DNA of 64,000 nt from Nitrosopumilaceae archaeon (GCA_965214835.1 CBDCCK010000002.1:1664001-1728000); one strand, 5' to 3'. Shown: positions 41,916-52,634, counted from the first letter of the stretch. Program-made: numbers and translations. Notes: a model not told the origin generated them from the letters alone.

Positions 41916-42214
41916 AGTTATACGGCGCCAAGCTGCTTGCCGTCACCTGCGAGATTCTGGCCCGGGAGAGCGTCATCGACATCCTCAAAAAGCATGGCAT
42001 CACAGGATATACGACCTATGAGGTAGACGGGAGGGGCGCACGCGGCCTGCGCGGACAGGGACTCAAAAACGAAAGGAACGTCAAGGTCGAGGCAATCATG
42101 AGAGAAGAAAGCCTGTCCGGCGTGGTGGAGGAGATATCCCGAACCCTCTTTGCAAACTTTGCCGTCGTGCTTTATGTCAGCGACGTCGGGGTGCTGCGGC
42201 CCGAAAAATTCTAG
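41912..42214 (+). CDS. sbtB: P-II-like regulator SbtB
   Basis: GITGYT--EV-GRG-RG, C-terminal VLRPEKF; translationally coupled to sbtA. Confidence 0.88.
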   Translation: MKLYGAKLLAVTCEILARESVIDILKKHGITGYTTYEVDGRGARGLRGQGLKNERNVKVEAIMREESLSGVVEEISRTLFANFAVVLYVSDVGVLRPEKF

Positions 42215-42510
42215 CAGCAAGAGTCATCTGAGCACAGGGCCGGCATCCTCTGACTTGCATCTGCGACCATTGATATCAGATCTGAGAGCCGATCGCTTGA
42301 GATGGCATACACTGCCCTTTTTCCCTCGTCCCTTGACCTTACAATCCCGCATCTTTTGAGCGTCCTGAGATGGTGTGAGACCAAGGGCTGATCCCTTTCG
42401 AGCCTTTCTACAAAATCGCTTACGCACAGCTCTCCGTTTTTTTGCAGCAGCTCCAGGATCTCAAACCTTGTCTCGTCACAGATGCACCTCAAAAGGTCGA
42501 CCCCATTCAT
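42211..42510 (-). CDS. arsR: ArsR/SmtB family regulator
   Basis: DETRFEILELL, ELCVSD, QPLVSHHLRTLK; C-terminal CC. Confidence 0.88.
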   Translation of the reverse strand: MNGVDLLRCICDETRFEILELLQKNGELCVSDFVERLERDQPLVSHHLRTLKRCGIVRSRDEGKRAVYAISSDRLSDLISMVADASQRMPALCSDDSCC

Positions 42511-42550
42511 ATCAATCTAGATTTATATAAACTGATATTTATATGAATTC

Positions 42551-42955
42551 ATGCCCGAAAATGACGTGATCTTCGTCTGCGTGGAGAATGCCGGACGCAG
42601 CCAGATGGCAGAGGCGTTCCTTCGAAAGTATGCAAAAAACCTCAGGGTTGCCAGCGCCGGGACAAGGCCGGGCTCGCAGCTGGATCCGACGGTCGTCGAG
42701 GCGATGAGCGAGGTCGGCATAAGCCTAAAGTCCCAGAGCCCAAAGGGCATCTCAAGCGACCTGATAGCAAACTCCAAGACAAGGGTGAGCATGGGATGCA
42801 TGGACAGGGAGTCCTGCCCCGCGCTGTTTGTAGACGGCGTTATAGACTGGAACATTGCCGATCCAAAGGGAAGATCCCTTGACGAGGTAAGGAGGATCCG
42901 CGACGAGATCGAGCTACAGGTAAGACGGCTTGCAGAGTCCATGCAGGAAACATAG
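42551..42955 (+). CDS. arsC: Arsenate reductase (LMW-PTP fold)
   Basis: CVENAGRSQMAE, SAGT, MGC...CP, W-I-DP. Confidence 0.88.
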   Translation: MPENDVIFVCVENAGRSQMAEAFLRKYAKNLRVASAGTRPGSQLDPTVVEAMSEVGISLKSQSPKGISSDLIANSKTRVSMGCMDRESCPALFVDGVIDWNIADPKGRSLDEVRRIRDEIELQVRRLAESMQET

Positions 42956-42956
42956 G

Positions 42957-43652
42957 ATGGACTCGTCAAACAAAAAGATCTTCGCCGCCGAGCTGATCGG
43001 AACCTTCATCGTCGTTGTCTGCGCCACCGGCTCCGTCGTACTCGATGCCCGGTACGGCGGCGCGCTGGGAATCTCCTTTGTCGCGTTTGCCCCCTTTGCA
43101 GGCGTGGCAGCCGGCGTCTACCTGTTCGGCAGGATATCCATGGCCCACTTTAACCCCGCAGTCACTATCGGCTATTTCATTACAGGACACATAACGAAGA
43201 TCCAGATCCTGTACTATTTTGCAGCCGAGCTGATCGGCGCCGTGCTAGGCTCGCTGTTTGTCCTGTCTGCCATTGGACCTGATGCAAATCTTGGTGCCAA
43301 TGCCCCCGATTACGCCCACCCGATGGAGCTGATTTTCCCCGTGGAGGCCCTTGCCACCGGGCTGCTGATGGCCGTGATCTTTGCCGTCGTGTACACCAAG
43401 GGCCTGAGGGGATTCGGCGGAATCGCAATCGGGGGGATCATAGGGCTGGACATCCTCTTTCTGGCCTTTGTCTCGGGGGCGTCCATGAACCCCGCACGCG
43501 CCCTTGCGCCCGCCCTGGTCTCGGGCTTTTTTGACGACTTGTGGCTGTACTGGAGCGCCACGTTCGTTGGATCCTCCGCCGTCGCCCTCATGTTCAGAAA
43601 AAAATTCGCCCCTGTGAGGCAAAAACCACCGTTTACGAATAATAAAGGCTAG
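42957..43652 (+). CDS. Aquaporin / MIP channel (likely arsenite efflux)
   Basis: AELIGTF, AHFNPAVT, GASMNPAR; in an operon with arsC. Confidence 0.9.
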   Translation: MDSSNKKIFAAELIGTFIVVVCATGSVVLDARYGGALGISFVAFAPFAGVAAGVYLFGRISMAHFNPAVTIGYFITGHITKIQILYYFAAELIGAVLGSLFVLSAIGPDANLGANAPDYAHPMELIFPVEALATGLLMAVIFAVVYTKGLRGFGGIAIGGIIGLDILFLAFVSGASMNPARALAPALVSGFFDDLWLYWSATFVGSSAVALMFRKKFAPVRQKPPFTNNKG

Positions 43653-43667
43653 CCCCCGGGTCTATCA

Positions 43668-44945
43668 TTGTCAAAATCCAAAAAGCTGTTCTCTGATGCA
43701 AGAAGGGTGATCCCATCCGGGGTGAACAGCCCGGTTCGGTACTTTGAGCCGTACCCGTTCTTTGTAAAAAAGTCAGACCGAAGCTCGATCTGGGATGCCG
43801 ACGGCAGGCACTACATCGACTTTTGCAACGGATACGGCGCGCTGCTCCTTGGCCACCGGAGGAGGGAGGTGATCTCTGCCGTCACAAGGCAGCTGTCCCG
43901 GGGGACGCTGTACTGCGCGCCGACCGAGCAGGAGATCCAGCTCTCAAGGCTGATCAAGAACAACTTTTCATCCATGGACAAGGTACGGCTGGTCAACACC
44001 GGCTCTGAGGCCACAATGACTGCAATCAGACTGGCCCGGGGCTTTACAAAAAAGAAAAAGATTGTAAAATTCGAGGGGTGCTATCACGGCGCGCATGACT
44101 CCGTGCTGGTCAAGGCCGGATCCGGATCCGCGCACAACGGGATTTCCGTCTCAGACGGGGGACTAGACGAGGTATCCAGGAACACCCTTGTCGTGCAGTA
44201 CAACAACTCCCAAGAGCTCAAAGACGTCCTTTCAAAGGATACGGACGTTGCCTGCGTCATCGTGGAGCCAATCCTGGCAAACATGGGCCTGGTTTTGCCC
44301 AAAAAAAACTTCCTTGCCGACGTACGAAGGACTACGAAAAAACACGGCGTTCCGCTGATTTTCGACGAGGTTGTGACCGGCTTTCGAGTCTCTCCAGGGG
44401 GCGCACAAGAGTACTTTGGAATAAAGCCTGACATCACAACGCTTGCAAAGGCGTTAGGCAACGGGTTTGCAATCGCCGCCGTCGGGGGAAGGCGGGACAT
44501 GATGGATCTGCTCTCCCCCGCAGGCAGGGTCTACCAGGCAAGCACCTTTGCGGGCAATCCCGTGGCGGTCTCCGCGGCAGTCAGCTCGATTCAGACTATG
44601 AATAAAATAAAGAACAGGATGTACCCGAAGCTCGAGCGGTACTGCGCCCGGCTCTCAAGGGCAATAGGTGATGCCGCAGCAGACCTGGGGATTCCACACC
44701 AGATCAACTCTGCGTCCTCGATGATGCAGATATTCTTCTCAGAGATGCCCGTTGTCGACTATTCCAGCTCAAAGGCAGCAGATGCAAAAAAGTTCCAAAG
44801 GATGTTCCGCTCGCTTCTCGGGCAGGGCATATTTGTCGCCCACTCGCAGTTTGAGACCGTCTTCCTCTCTGATGCGCACACCGGTGCGGACTTGGACAAG
44901 GCAGCCGATGCATACCGGGCGGCCCTCAAGGCGGTGAAGGGTTGA
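43668..44945 (+). CDS. hemL: Glutamate-1-semialdehyde 2,1-aminomutase
   Basis: PSGVNSPVR, TGSEATMTAIRLARG, FEGCYHG, LIFDEVVTGFR, TFAGNP. Confidence 0.96.
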   Translation: MSKSKKLFSDARRVIPSGVNSPVRYFEPYPFFVKKSDRSSIWDADGRHYIDFCNGYGALLLGHRRREVISAVTRQLSRGTLYCAPTEQEIQLSRLIKNNFSSMDKVRLVNTGSEATMTAIRLARGFTKKKKIVKFEGCYHGAHDSVLVKAGSGSAHNGISVSDGGLDEVSRNTLVVQYNNSQELKDVLSKDTDVACVIVEPILANMGLVLPKKNFLADVRRTTKKHGVPLIFDEVVTGFRVSPGGAQEYFGIKPDITTLAKALGNGFAIAAVGGRRDMMDLLSPAGRVYQASTFAGNPVAVSAAVSSIQTMNKIKNRMYPKLERYCARLSRAIGDAAADLGIPHQINSASSMMQIFFSEMPVVDYSSSKAADAKKFQRMFRSLLGQGIFVAHSQFETVFLSDAHTGADLDKAADAYRAALKAVKG

Positions 44946-45877
44946 ACTTCAAGGTTGGCACCCGCGGAAGCAGGCTGTCTGTGGCCCAGACAAACCAGGT
45001 CATAGGACAGCTACGACAGAAAAACCCCGGGCATGACTTTGCCGTGCGGACCATTACCACAAGGGGGGATGCCGATGCGCGTCCGCTGTTTGCCATAGAT
45101 CAGAGGGGAATCTTTGAAAAGGAGGTGGACAGGGCAGTCTCCGACAGGGAGGTGGACTTTGCCGTTCACAGCCTAAAGGACATTCCCTCGCAGCTGCCTT
45201 CGGGCTTGAGGCTGGCGTGCGTTCCAAGGCGGGAGCAGGCCAACGACATCTTCATCTCAAGGAGCGGCGATACCCTGGAGTCGATCCCGCCGGGATCAAC
45301 GGTGGGTACCAGCAGCCTGCGCCGCGCAGTGCAGGTATCCATAAAGCGCCCCGATCTTGAGGTAAGGCCCGTCCGGGGCAACATCGAGACCAGAATCCAC
45401 AAGTCCCAGAACGGTGACTTTGATGCCATAGTCCTGGCAAAGGCCGGCGTCTCCCGGCTGGGAGTAGACATAAAGTATCACGTGCTGGACACAAAGGACT
45501 TTTCCCCCTCGCCCGGCCAGGGAGCCCTGGCAATCGTATGCCGCGAGGATGACCGGGACATGATGGATATGCTCAGATCCATCGAGGATCCTGACAGCAG
45601 GCTGGAGATAGAGGCAGAGCGTGCCCTGTCCGGCGTCGTAGACTCTGGATGCAGGTTTCCCGTGGGCGCCTATGGGCAGGTCACGGGCAAGACGCTGACC
45701 CTGCAGGCATCTGCCTTTTCGGCAGATGGCAAGGCGTCCATTTTTGTAGAAAGATCCGGTGCCAGGGAGGATGCAGTTGCAATCGGGAGGCAGGCAGGCA
45801 AGGAGATGCAAGACGGCGGGGTCGGAGACCTTGCATTAAATTGGAGGCAGAATGTAGAGGAGTGGAACAGGAAATGA
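44942..45877 (+). CDS. hemC: Hydroxymethylbilane synthase
   Basis: GTRGSRLSVAQT, AVHSLKD, GTSSLRR, RGNIETR, PGQGAL, GCRFPVG. Confidence 0.96.
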   Translation: MNFKVGTRGSRLSVAQTNQVIGQLRQKNPGHDFAVRTITTRGDADARPLFAIDQRGIFEKEVDRAVSDREVDFAVHSLKDIPSQLPSGLRLACVPRREQANDIFISRSGDTLESIPPGSTVGTSSLRRAVQVSIKRPDLEVRPVRGNIETRIHKSQNGDFDAIVLAKAGVSRLGVDIKYHVLDTKDFSPSPGQGALAIVCREDDRDMMDMLRSIEDPDSRLEIEAERALSGVVDSGCRFPVGAYGQVTGKTLTLQASAFSADGKASIFVERSGAREDAVAIGRQAGKEMQDGGVGDLALNWRQNVEEWNRK

Positions 45878-46620
45878 GCGGCAAGGTATACCTGGTCGGC
45901 GCCGGCCCCGGCGACCACAGGTTGATGACAGTGCGGGCAGTCGAGCTGCTGCAAAAGGCCGACGTGGTCCTCTATGACAGGCTTGTCGGCAGGAGGATAA
46001 TCTCCATGATTCCCAAGACTGCCGAAAAGGTGTATGTAGGCCGTGCGGTAGGCGATGATGCGGCGCATCAGGATGCCACAAATGACCTGATGGCAGGGTA
46101 TGCCAGATCCGGACGGCACGTCGTGCGCCTAAAGGGCGGGGATCCGTTCATCTTTGGCCGCGGGGGCGAGGAGGCCGAGTTCCTAAGGGGCCGCAAAATA
46201 AAATACGAGATAGTCCCCGGAATAACCTCCGGGATCGGCTCTGCAACGTATGCCGGCATTCCGCTGACCCACAGGAGGCACGCATCCTCTGTTGCCTTTG
46301 TGACGGGCCACGAGGATCCAGAAAAGAAAAACGAGGCCGTAAGGTGGAAAAGACTGGCAAAGTCCGTAGATACCATCGTTATAATGATGGGGCTGTCCAG
46401 AATCGACACCATATGCAGGCAGCTGATCGCCGGAGGCATGGATGAAAAAACGCCGGTTGCGGTAATCCAGGACGGAACGACCCCCAGGCAAAAGATGATC
46501 ACGGGAACAGTGGCAAGCATCGCCTCCAGGGTCAGCTCAAGCAAGATCAGGCCTCCTGCCAACATCATTGTGGGCAGGGTCGTTGATTTGTCAAAAACGG
46601 TGGGCTGGAGACGATGCTAG
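45874..46620 (+). CDS. cobA: Uroporphyrinogen-III C-methyltransferase
   Basis: VYLVGAGPGD, LYDRLV, VRLKGGDPFIFGRGGEE, GIPLTHR. Confidence 0.96.
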   Translation: MSGKVYLVGAGPGDHRLMTVRAVELLQKADVVLYDRLVGRRIISMIPKTAEKVYVGRAVGDDAAHQDATNDLMAGYARSGRHVVRLKGGDPFIFGRGGEEAEFLRGRKIKYEIVPGITSGIGSATYAGIPLTHRRHASSVAFVTGHEDPEKKNEAVRWKRLAKSVDTIVIMMGLSRIDTICRQLIAGGMDEKTPVAVIQDGTTPRQKMITGTVASIASRVSSSKIRPPANIIVGRVVDLSKTVGWRRC

Positions 46621-47411
46621 AGGGCAAGACCATAGCAATCACCCGCCCAAGGGAGGACTCTGAGGAGTTCATCAGGCTGATGAAGGGCCACAACGCCAAC
46701 CCCGTGCCGCTGCCAACGATCCAGCTTGTGAGCAGGGGGGAAAAAATCGTAGGCGAGTTCCTGAATTCCATTGAAAGTTACAAGCCTGACTATTCCGTAT
46801 TTATGAGCTCAAAGGCGGCAAAGCTCCTCTTTGATACTGCAAGGGACGTCTCCCGGCTAGACGAGCTGGTTCTGGCCGTGTCTGGAACCATCGTCGTGGC
46901 AGTCGGACCCAAAACCGGGGCTGCCCTGGAAAAGTACGGCATCAGGGTGGCCCACGTGCCGGGGACGTACTCCTCGGTCGGCGTCGGCGAGCTGTTCACC
47001 GGGCTTGGCGCCGTTGGCAAAAAGGTAATCGTGCCCCGGAGCGGCGCTGCGACCCCGTTTCTCAGGGAGCTTTTGAACAAAATCGGGCTGGACGTCAGGG
47101 AGGTGCACCTTTATGACGTCTGCGCGTTTAGGGACACCGCCCAGTGGAACGGGTTTAGGCAGCTGTTTTCTCAGAACAGGCTAGATGGCATGGTCTTTAC
47201 AAGCGCCTCGTCGGTCCGCGCGTTTTTTGAAATCATGGAAAAGGACTATTCCAGGGAGCAGCTGCTCTCGGGCCTGGAGGCAGTCAGGATCGTATCCATC
47301 GGCCCGTTTACGGCCGACGAGCTAAAAAAATTCAGCGTGCAAAACGTCATCTCCGAGGTGCATACGGTTCCGGGGGCCTTTGATGCAGTAAAGGGCATGT
47401 TTTCGGCTTGA
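46614..47411 (+). CDS. hemD: Uroporphyrinogen-III synthase
   Basis: IAITRP, AVGPKT, VFTSASSV, SIGPFTA. Confidence 0.92.
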   Translation: MLEGKTIAITRPREDSEEFIRLMKGHNANPVPLPTIQLVSRGEKIVGEFLNSIESYKPDYSVFMSSKAAKLLFDTARDVSRLDELVLAVSGTIVVAVGPKTGAALEKYGIRVAHVPGTYSSVGVGELFTGLGAVGKKVIVPRSGAATPFLRELLNKIGLDVREVHLYDVCAFRDTAQWNGFRQLFSQNRLDGMVFTSASSVRAFFEIMEKDYSREQLLSGLEAVRIVSIGPFTADELKKFSVQNVISEVHTVPGAFDAVKGMFSA

Positions 47412-47471
47412 ATTAGTTAGCTCTACCTATTTTTCCTCATGTATTTATAACATAGAAGAGTCTTGACTTTC

Positions 47472-48872
47472 ATGGCAACAGAAAACCTCGAGATCGACTA
47501 TTCAAAATACGACTTTAAGGACTCGACTGAGATGTATGTCCATCTCAGCAAAAAGGGCCTCTCAAAGGAGACGGTAATCGGAATCAGCAAGATGAAAGAC
47601 GAGCCGGAATGGATGCTTGACTTTAGGCTGAGGGCATACGAGCAGTTCATGAAGTTTCCAATGCCCAGCTGGGGAGGGGATCTGAGCGCGATTGATTTTC
47701 AGAATATCTACTATTATGCAAAGGCATCTGACAAGACGGAGAAGAGCTGGGACGACGTTCCAGCAGACGTAAAAAACACGTTTGACAAGCTTGGAATCCC
47801 AGAGGCCGAGAAAAAGTTCCTTGCAGGCGTCGGCGCCCAGTACGAGTCCGAGGTCGTCTACCACAACCTGAGGGAGGACCTGCAAAAGCAGGGCGTAATC
47901 TTCCTGGATACGGACTCTGCGCTAAAAGAGTACCCAGACATCTTTAGAAAATACTTTGGAAAGATCATTCCACCCGAGGACAACAAGTTTGCCGCACTCA
48001 ACAGCGCAGTATGGAGCGGCGGCTCGTTTATCTACATTCCAAAGGGGGTCTCAGTCGACATGCCCCTGCAGGCGTACTTTAGGATTAACGCAGAGAACAT
48101 CGGACAGTTTGAGAGGACCCTGATTGTCGCAGACGAGGGCGCCAACGTGCACTATATCGAGGGGTGTACCGCACCGGTCTACTCCTCAGAGTCGCTGCAC
48201 TCCGCAGTAGTGGAACTCGTAGCCCACAAGGACGCACACCTGAGGTATACGACCATCCAGAACTGGAGCAGCGACGTGTACAACCTAGTCACAAAGCGCG
48301 CATATGCATACGAGGGCGCCACCGTGGAATGGATAGACGGAAACATTGGAAGCAAGCTGACCATGAAGTATCCGGGGATCTACCTTATGGGGGAAAAGGC
48401 GTACGGCGAGACGCTGTCCATAGCCTTTGCAGGCAAGGGCCAGCACCAGGACACGGGCGCAAAGATGGTACACCTGGCGCCCAACACCACCTCAAAGATC
48501 ACATCAAAGTCTGTAAGCCGGCTCAACGGAAGGTCTACCTATCGCGGACTGCTCAACGTTGCCAAGGGCGCGACAAACGTAAAGAGCACGGTAAGGTGCG
48601 ACGCCCTGCTACTAGATGACACCTCCAAGACGGACACCTACCCGTACATGGAAATCAACCAGGAGGATGCGACCATCACGCACGAGGCAACGGTCGGAAA
48701 GATCGGAGACGAGCAGATCTTCTACCTCATGACGAGGGGATTCTCCGAGGAGGAGGCGCTGACCCTGATTGTAAACGGATTCATGGAGCCGTTTGTAAAG
48801 GAGCTTCCAATGGAGTATGCCGTGGAGCTGAACAGACTGATAAAGCTGGAAATGGACGGCTCTGTGGGATAG
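47472..48872 (+). CDS. sufB: Fe-S cluster assembly protein SufB
   Basis: [47 protein letters not shown]. Confidence 0.97.
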   Translation: MATENLEIDYSKYDFKDSTEMYVHLSKKGLSKETVIGISKMKDEPEWMLDFRLRAYEQFMKFPMPSWGGDLSAIDFQNIYYYAKASDKTEKSWDDVPADVKNTFDKLGIPEAEKKFLAGVGAQYESEVVYHNLREDLQKQGVIFLDTDSALKEYPDIFRKYFGKIIPPEDNKFAALNSAVWSGGSFIYIPKGVSVDMPLQAYFRINAENIGQFERTLIVADEGANVHYIEGCTAPVYSSESLHSAVVELVAHKDAHLRYTTIQNWSSDVYNLVTKRAYAYEGATVEWIDGNIGSKLTMKYPGIYLMGEKAYGETLSIAFAGKGQHQDTGAKMVHLAPNTTSKITSKSVSRLNGRSTYRGLLNVAKGATNVKSTVRCDALLLDDTSKTDTYPYMEINQEDATITHEATVGKIGDEQIFYLMTRGFSEEEALTLIVNGFMEPFVKELPMEYAVELNRLIKLEMDGSVG

Positions 48873-48898
48873 CCCCTAGACCGGTTAGACGTGATATA

Positions 48899-50299
48899 AT
48901 GTCCCAGGTCGCCTTGTCAACGATTGACTCAGGTCACATAGACGAGATATCATCATCGAGAAACGAGCCCCCGTGGCTGGCCCAATACAGGAAGGACTCC
49001 CTCTCTGTCTATGAGGATCTGCCCATAGAGACGTCCCCGCTTTACAACAAGTACACCGATGCCAAGCGAATGGATCCCGAGCAGGTCTCGCTTTCTGTGA
49101 CCTCCGATGCAACCGTTCCGCCCTTTCTGAACAGGCGGCTTGCGGAGCTTGAGGGCGAAAACCACATAATTCAAATCGGAACCAACGTCGGCCGCATCAG
49201 AATAGGCGACGAGCTGAGCTCAAAGGGCGTCATCATATCATCGATGAGCGACGCGCTAGCAGATCATCCGGATCTGGTAAGAAAGGCGCTTGATGCATCT
49301 GACTCTAGGGAGGACAAGTTCACCGCGCTAAACAACGCGGCCTTTAACACCGGGATCTTCGTCTATGTTCCAAGAAACGTCCGGCTGGAGAGCCCCATTC
49401 ACGCCCTCTCGTGCCTGTCCGTGGACGGCGTCTCTGCCATATCCCGAAATGTAGTCATTGCCGGGGAAAACAGCAAGTCTACGATAGTCCAAGAGCTGTA
49501 CTCGCCTGAGGCACCAGGGCAGCAGGCGTACCTTGAGCTGCTCAACGTCATGGCCGGTGCCGGTGCGCAGGTTGACGGGACCACGCTTCAGATGTTTGAT
49601 CAAAGCTCGGTCAACTTTTCGACCAGGAGGACCGATCTTGCCGGGGATGCAAGGCTGAACTGGTACCTGGGGCTGTTTGGCGCCCTTGTCTCAAGGTATA
49701 GGACCGACTATTACCTCAACGGGGGCGGTGCGTCTGCCAACGACTCTGAGGTGGTGTTTGGAAACGGCGAACAGTCATTTGACCTGCAGACCAACGTCAA
49801 CCACGAGAGCCGGTTCACCGAGGGGAGGGTCATCGAAAAGTCAATCCTCCAAGACAGCTCAAAGTCGCTGTTCAAGGGGATGATCAGGATAAAGGAGGAT
49901 GCATCAAAGTCAAACTCGTACCTTTCCGGACGCTCGATCCTGCTTGACAAGGACGCAAAGTCCGACGCGATTCCCGGCCTTGAAATCTTCACAAACGATG
50001 TAAAGGCCACGCACTCTGCCTCCGTGGCCCAGATCGACGAGGAGCAGATATTCTACCTCGGGACAAGGTGCCTCAGCCGCTCTGAGGCCGAGCGCACCAT
50101 TGTGGAGGGCTTTCTAGAACCGCTGTCCCGGAAGATGTCCATCCAGGTGCGTGCGTGGATTGCATACCTGATCGAGTCAAAATGGGAGGGGCGCGAGCTG
50201 TCCATTAACACCGACGAGGAGCTCAAGAAATTCACGGAAATCGAGGAGACCCGCTACAACGAAAACTCGGAGATCGAGCAGCACTACAAGTACAGGTGA
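48899..50299 (+). CDS. sufD: Fe-S cluster assembly protein SufD
   Basis: FKGMIRI, DAIPGLEIFTNDVKATHSASV, FYL-TR. Confidence 0.92.
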   Translation: MSQVALSTIDSGHIDEISSSRNEPPWLAQYRKDSLSVYEDLPIETSPLYNKYTDAKRMDPEQVSLSVTSDATVPPFLNRRLAELEGENHIIQIGTNVGRIRIGDELSSKGVIISSMSDALADHPDLVRKALDASDSREDKFTALNNAAFNTGIFVYVPRNVRLESPIHALSCLSVDGVSAISRNVVIAGENSKSTIVQELYSPEAPGQQAYLELLNVMAGAGAQVDGTTLQMFDQSSVNFSTRRTDLAGDARLNWYLGLFGALVSRYRTDYYLNGGGASANDSEVVFGNGEQSFDLQTNVNHESRFTEGRVIEKSILQDSSKSLFKGMIRIKEDASKSNSYLSGRSILLDKDAKSDAIPGLEIFTNDVKATHSASVAQIDEEQIFYLGTRCLSRSEAERTIVEGFLEPLSRKMSIQVRAWIAYLIESKWEGRELSINTDEELKKFTEIEETRYNENSEIEQHYKYR

Positions 50300-50613
50300 T
50301 CGGACTGGGCGAGTGGATCAAGGCATGCACTGCTGATCAGGTGGGCGACGGGCAGCTCTTCGGCTTTGTGCATGACGGCAAGAGGATACTGCTTGCCAAC
50401 CTGGGCGGCAGAATACACGCCACGGATCTCATCTGCACCCATGCCGAGGCGGATCTTTCCACCGGATTCCTCTCAGAGGAGGGTGTGCGCTGCCCGCTGC
50501 ATCTCTCGGTCTTTGATCTGGAGGACGGCAGGCCGCACAACCCCCCCGCCGAGGAGGCACTCAAGGTCTACAATGTTAAAATAGAGCAAGACGGGGTCTA
50601 CGTGGAGGTCTAG
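50296..50613 (+). CDS. Rieske-type ferredoxin
   Basis: CTH...CPLH Rieske ligand motifs. Confidence 0.92.
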   Translation: MIGLGEWIKACTADQVGDGQLFGFVHDGKRILLANLGGRIHATDLICTHAEADLSTGFLSEEGVRCPLHLSVFDLEDGRPHNPPAEEALKVYNVKIEQDGVYVEV

Positions 50614-50615
50614 GC

Positions 50616-51857
50616 ATGCAGAGCGCAGAGTTATCAAGCCAGGTAAGAAAGGACTTTCCAATCCTGGACAGGACTGTACGCGACGGCAAGCCGCTTGTCT
50701 ATCTTGACAACGCCTCAACCACGCAAAAACCAAACCAGGTCATTGATGCCATATCTGGCTATTATCAGAATCACAATGCAAACATCCACCGCGCAGTCTA
50801 TGCGCTGGCAGAAGAGTCTACTGAGGCCTACGAGTCTGCAAGGGACAAGGTTGCCGGGTTCCTCAACATCGGCGACAGGCAGGAGATCATCTTTGTGCGC
50901 GGTACCACTGAGGCAATCAACCTGGTCGCATACGCGTGGGGAAGGGCCAATGTCGGGGAGGGCGACGTCATCGTAACGACGGAATACGAGCATCACAGCA
51001 ACATCGTGCCATGGCAGCTGCTTGCCCAGGAAAGGGGCGCAAGGCTCGAGTACATTGAAATCGATGACAACGGGGAGCTGAAACTGGAGCAGCTGGACGG
51101 ATATCTCCGGACCGGAAGGGTAAGGCTTGTCACGTTCAGCCTGATGTCAAACGTGCTGGGAACCATAACCGATGCCCGGGCCGTCATATCAAAGTGCAGG
51201 GAGGCAGGGGCGCTTGTCCTAGTTGACGGCGCCCAGGCGGTTCCCCACATGGGGGTGGACCTGTCCGCGCTGGGGTGTGACTTTTTTGCATTCTCCGGCC
51301 ACAAGATGCTGGGCCCCACAGGAATCGGGGTACTGTGGGTGAAAAGGGAGGTACTTGAGACCATGAGCCCGTTTCACGGCGGCGGGGATATGATAAGGGA
51401 GGTCCACAAGCATGAGACGACCTGGAACGACCTGCCGTACAAGTTCGAGGCGGGAACCCCCAACATTGCAGACGTAATCGGCCTTGGCGCGGCAATCGAC
51501 TATCTGGCACGAATCGGCATGGAAAACGTCCGGGAGCACGAGGTCGGGCTGACCCGGTACGCCCTTGACCGGCTGTCGGGGGTCAGGGGCCTGACGATCT
51601 ATGGGACCCCGGACATCTCAAAGCGGGGCGGCGTCATATCGTTTAACTTCTCAGACGTCCATCCGCACGACGTAGCCCAGATCATGGATGCAGAGGGCAT
51701 CGCGGTGCGTTCGGGGCACCACTGCGCCCAGGTTCTGATGGAGAGGCTCAACGTCGCTGCGACCTCGCGGGCCAGCTTTTACATATACAATACAAAAGGC
51801 GATATCGACGCGCTGGTCGGTTCATTAAATAAGGTAGCAGAGGTGTTCAAGCTGTGA
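50616..51857 (+). CDS. sufS: Cysteine desulfurase SufS
   Basis: LVYLDNASTTQKP, EHHSNIVPW, FSGHKMLGPTG, RSGHHCA. Confidence 0.96.
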   Translation: MQSAELSSQVRKDFPILDRTVRDGKPLVYLDNASTTQKPNQVIDAISGYYQNHNANIHRAVYALAEESTEAYESARDKVAGFLNIGDRQEIIFVRGTTEAINLVAYAWGRANVGEGDVIVTTEYEHHSNIVPWQLLAQERGARLEYIEIDDNGELKLEQLDGYLRTGRVRLVTFSLMSNVLGTITDARAVISKCREAGALVLVDGAQAVPHMGVDLSALGCDFFAFSGHKMLGPTGIGVLWVKREVLETMSPFHGGGDMIREVHKHETTWNDLPYKFEAGTPNIADVIGLGAAIDYLARIGMENVREHEVGLTRYALDRLSGVRGLTIYGTPDISKRGGVISFNFSDVHPHDVAQIMDAEGIAVRSGHHCAQVLMERLNVAATSRASFYIYNTKGDIDALVGSLNKVAEVFKL

Positions 51858-52291
51858 GCAACGCGGACATTTACCACGAGATGATCATCGACTATTTCAG
51901 AAACCCCGTCAACTATGGAAAGATGGAGGATCCTGATGCTACCTACCATGATGCAAACCCGCTCTGCGGGGACAGCATTGACATTGATCTCAAGATCGAC
52001 GAGGACAAAATCAATGACATAAAGTTCCACGGCAAGGGCTGTGCAATCTGCATGGCCTGCTCGTCTGTGCTGACCGAAATAGCCAAGGGCAAGAGCCTCG
52101 AGGAGGCAAGGCAGCTGACAAAAAACGACATATTGGGAGAGCTGGGACTTGAAAACCTACAGGCAGTCAGAATAAAGTGCGCGCTGCTGTCGCTCAAGGT
52201 CCTAAAGTTTGCCCTGTACTCCTACCTTGCCAAGCATGTTGAGGGCTCTGACGTTGAAAAGCTAAAGGAAGACGCGGCAAACCTGTACTGA
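51854..52291 (+). CDS. sufU: Fe-S scaffold SufU/IscU
   Basis: NPLCGD, GKGCAIC, RIKCALL. Confidence 0.9.
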   Translation: MSNADIYHEMIIDYFRNPVNYGKMEDPDATYHDANPLCGDSIDIDLKIDEDKINDIKFHGKGCAICMACSSVLTEIAKGKSLEEARQLTKNDILGELGLENLQAVRIKCALLSLKVLKFALYSYLAKHVEGSDVEKLKEDAANLY

Positions 52292-52292
52292 C

Positions 52293-52634
52293 ATGTCAGA
52301 CTTTGTCCCCAAGGTGCCCATATCGCTGCAGATACGGAGGATAATCTTTGAGAACTATAACGATGAGGAGGGCAGGTTCAACAGCGACGACATTTTCGAC
52401 CATCTGAGGCAAAACGGCGACATTGATCCGGACTGGATTATAGATGATCTGGAGCCTGCAATAAACGAGCTCTGCGAGGCCGGTGCGGCCCGGAACATCG
52501 CCCAGAACCTTACTACGATCTGGCTCAGGCTGTTTGAAAAGCTGGAAAAGGCTCACTGCGGCTCGTGCGGCAACGACGTCTTTCTGGGGCCCTCCGAGGA
52601 CAGGGCCTGTCCGGGCTGCAGGTCCGCACTCTGA
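52293..52634 (+). CDS. Hypothetical protein with C-terminal zinc ribbon
   Basis: CGSC...CPGC; last gene of the suf run. Confidence 0.75.
   Translation: MSDFVPKVPISLQIRRIIFENYNDEEGRFNSDDIFDHLRQNGDIDPDWIIDDLEPAINELCEAGAARNIAQNLTTIWLRLFEKLEKAHCGSCGNDVFLGPSEDRACPGCRSAL

Noticed and set aside
47472-52291. Missing sufC as evidence of an unusual SUF system
   Set aside because: sufC may simply lie outside the window; this cannot be judged here.
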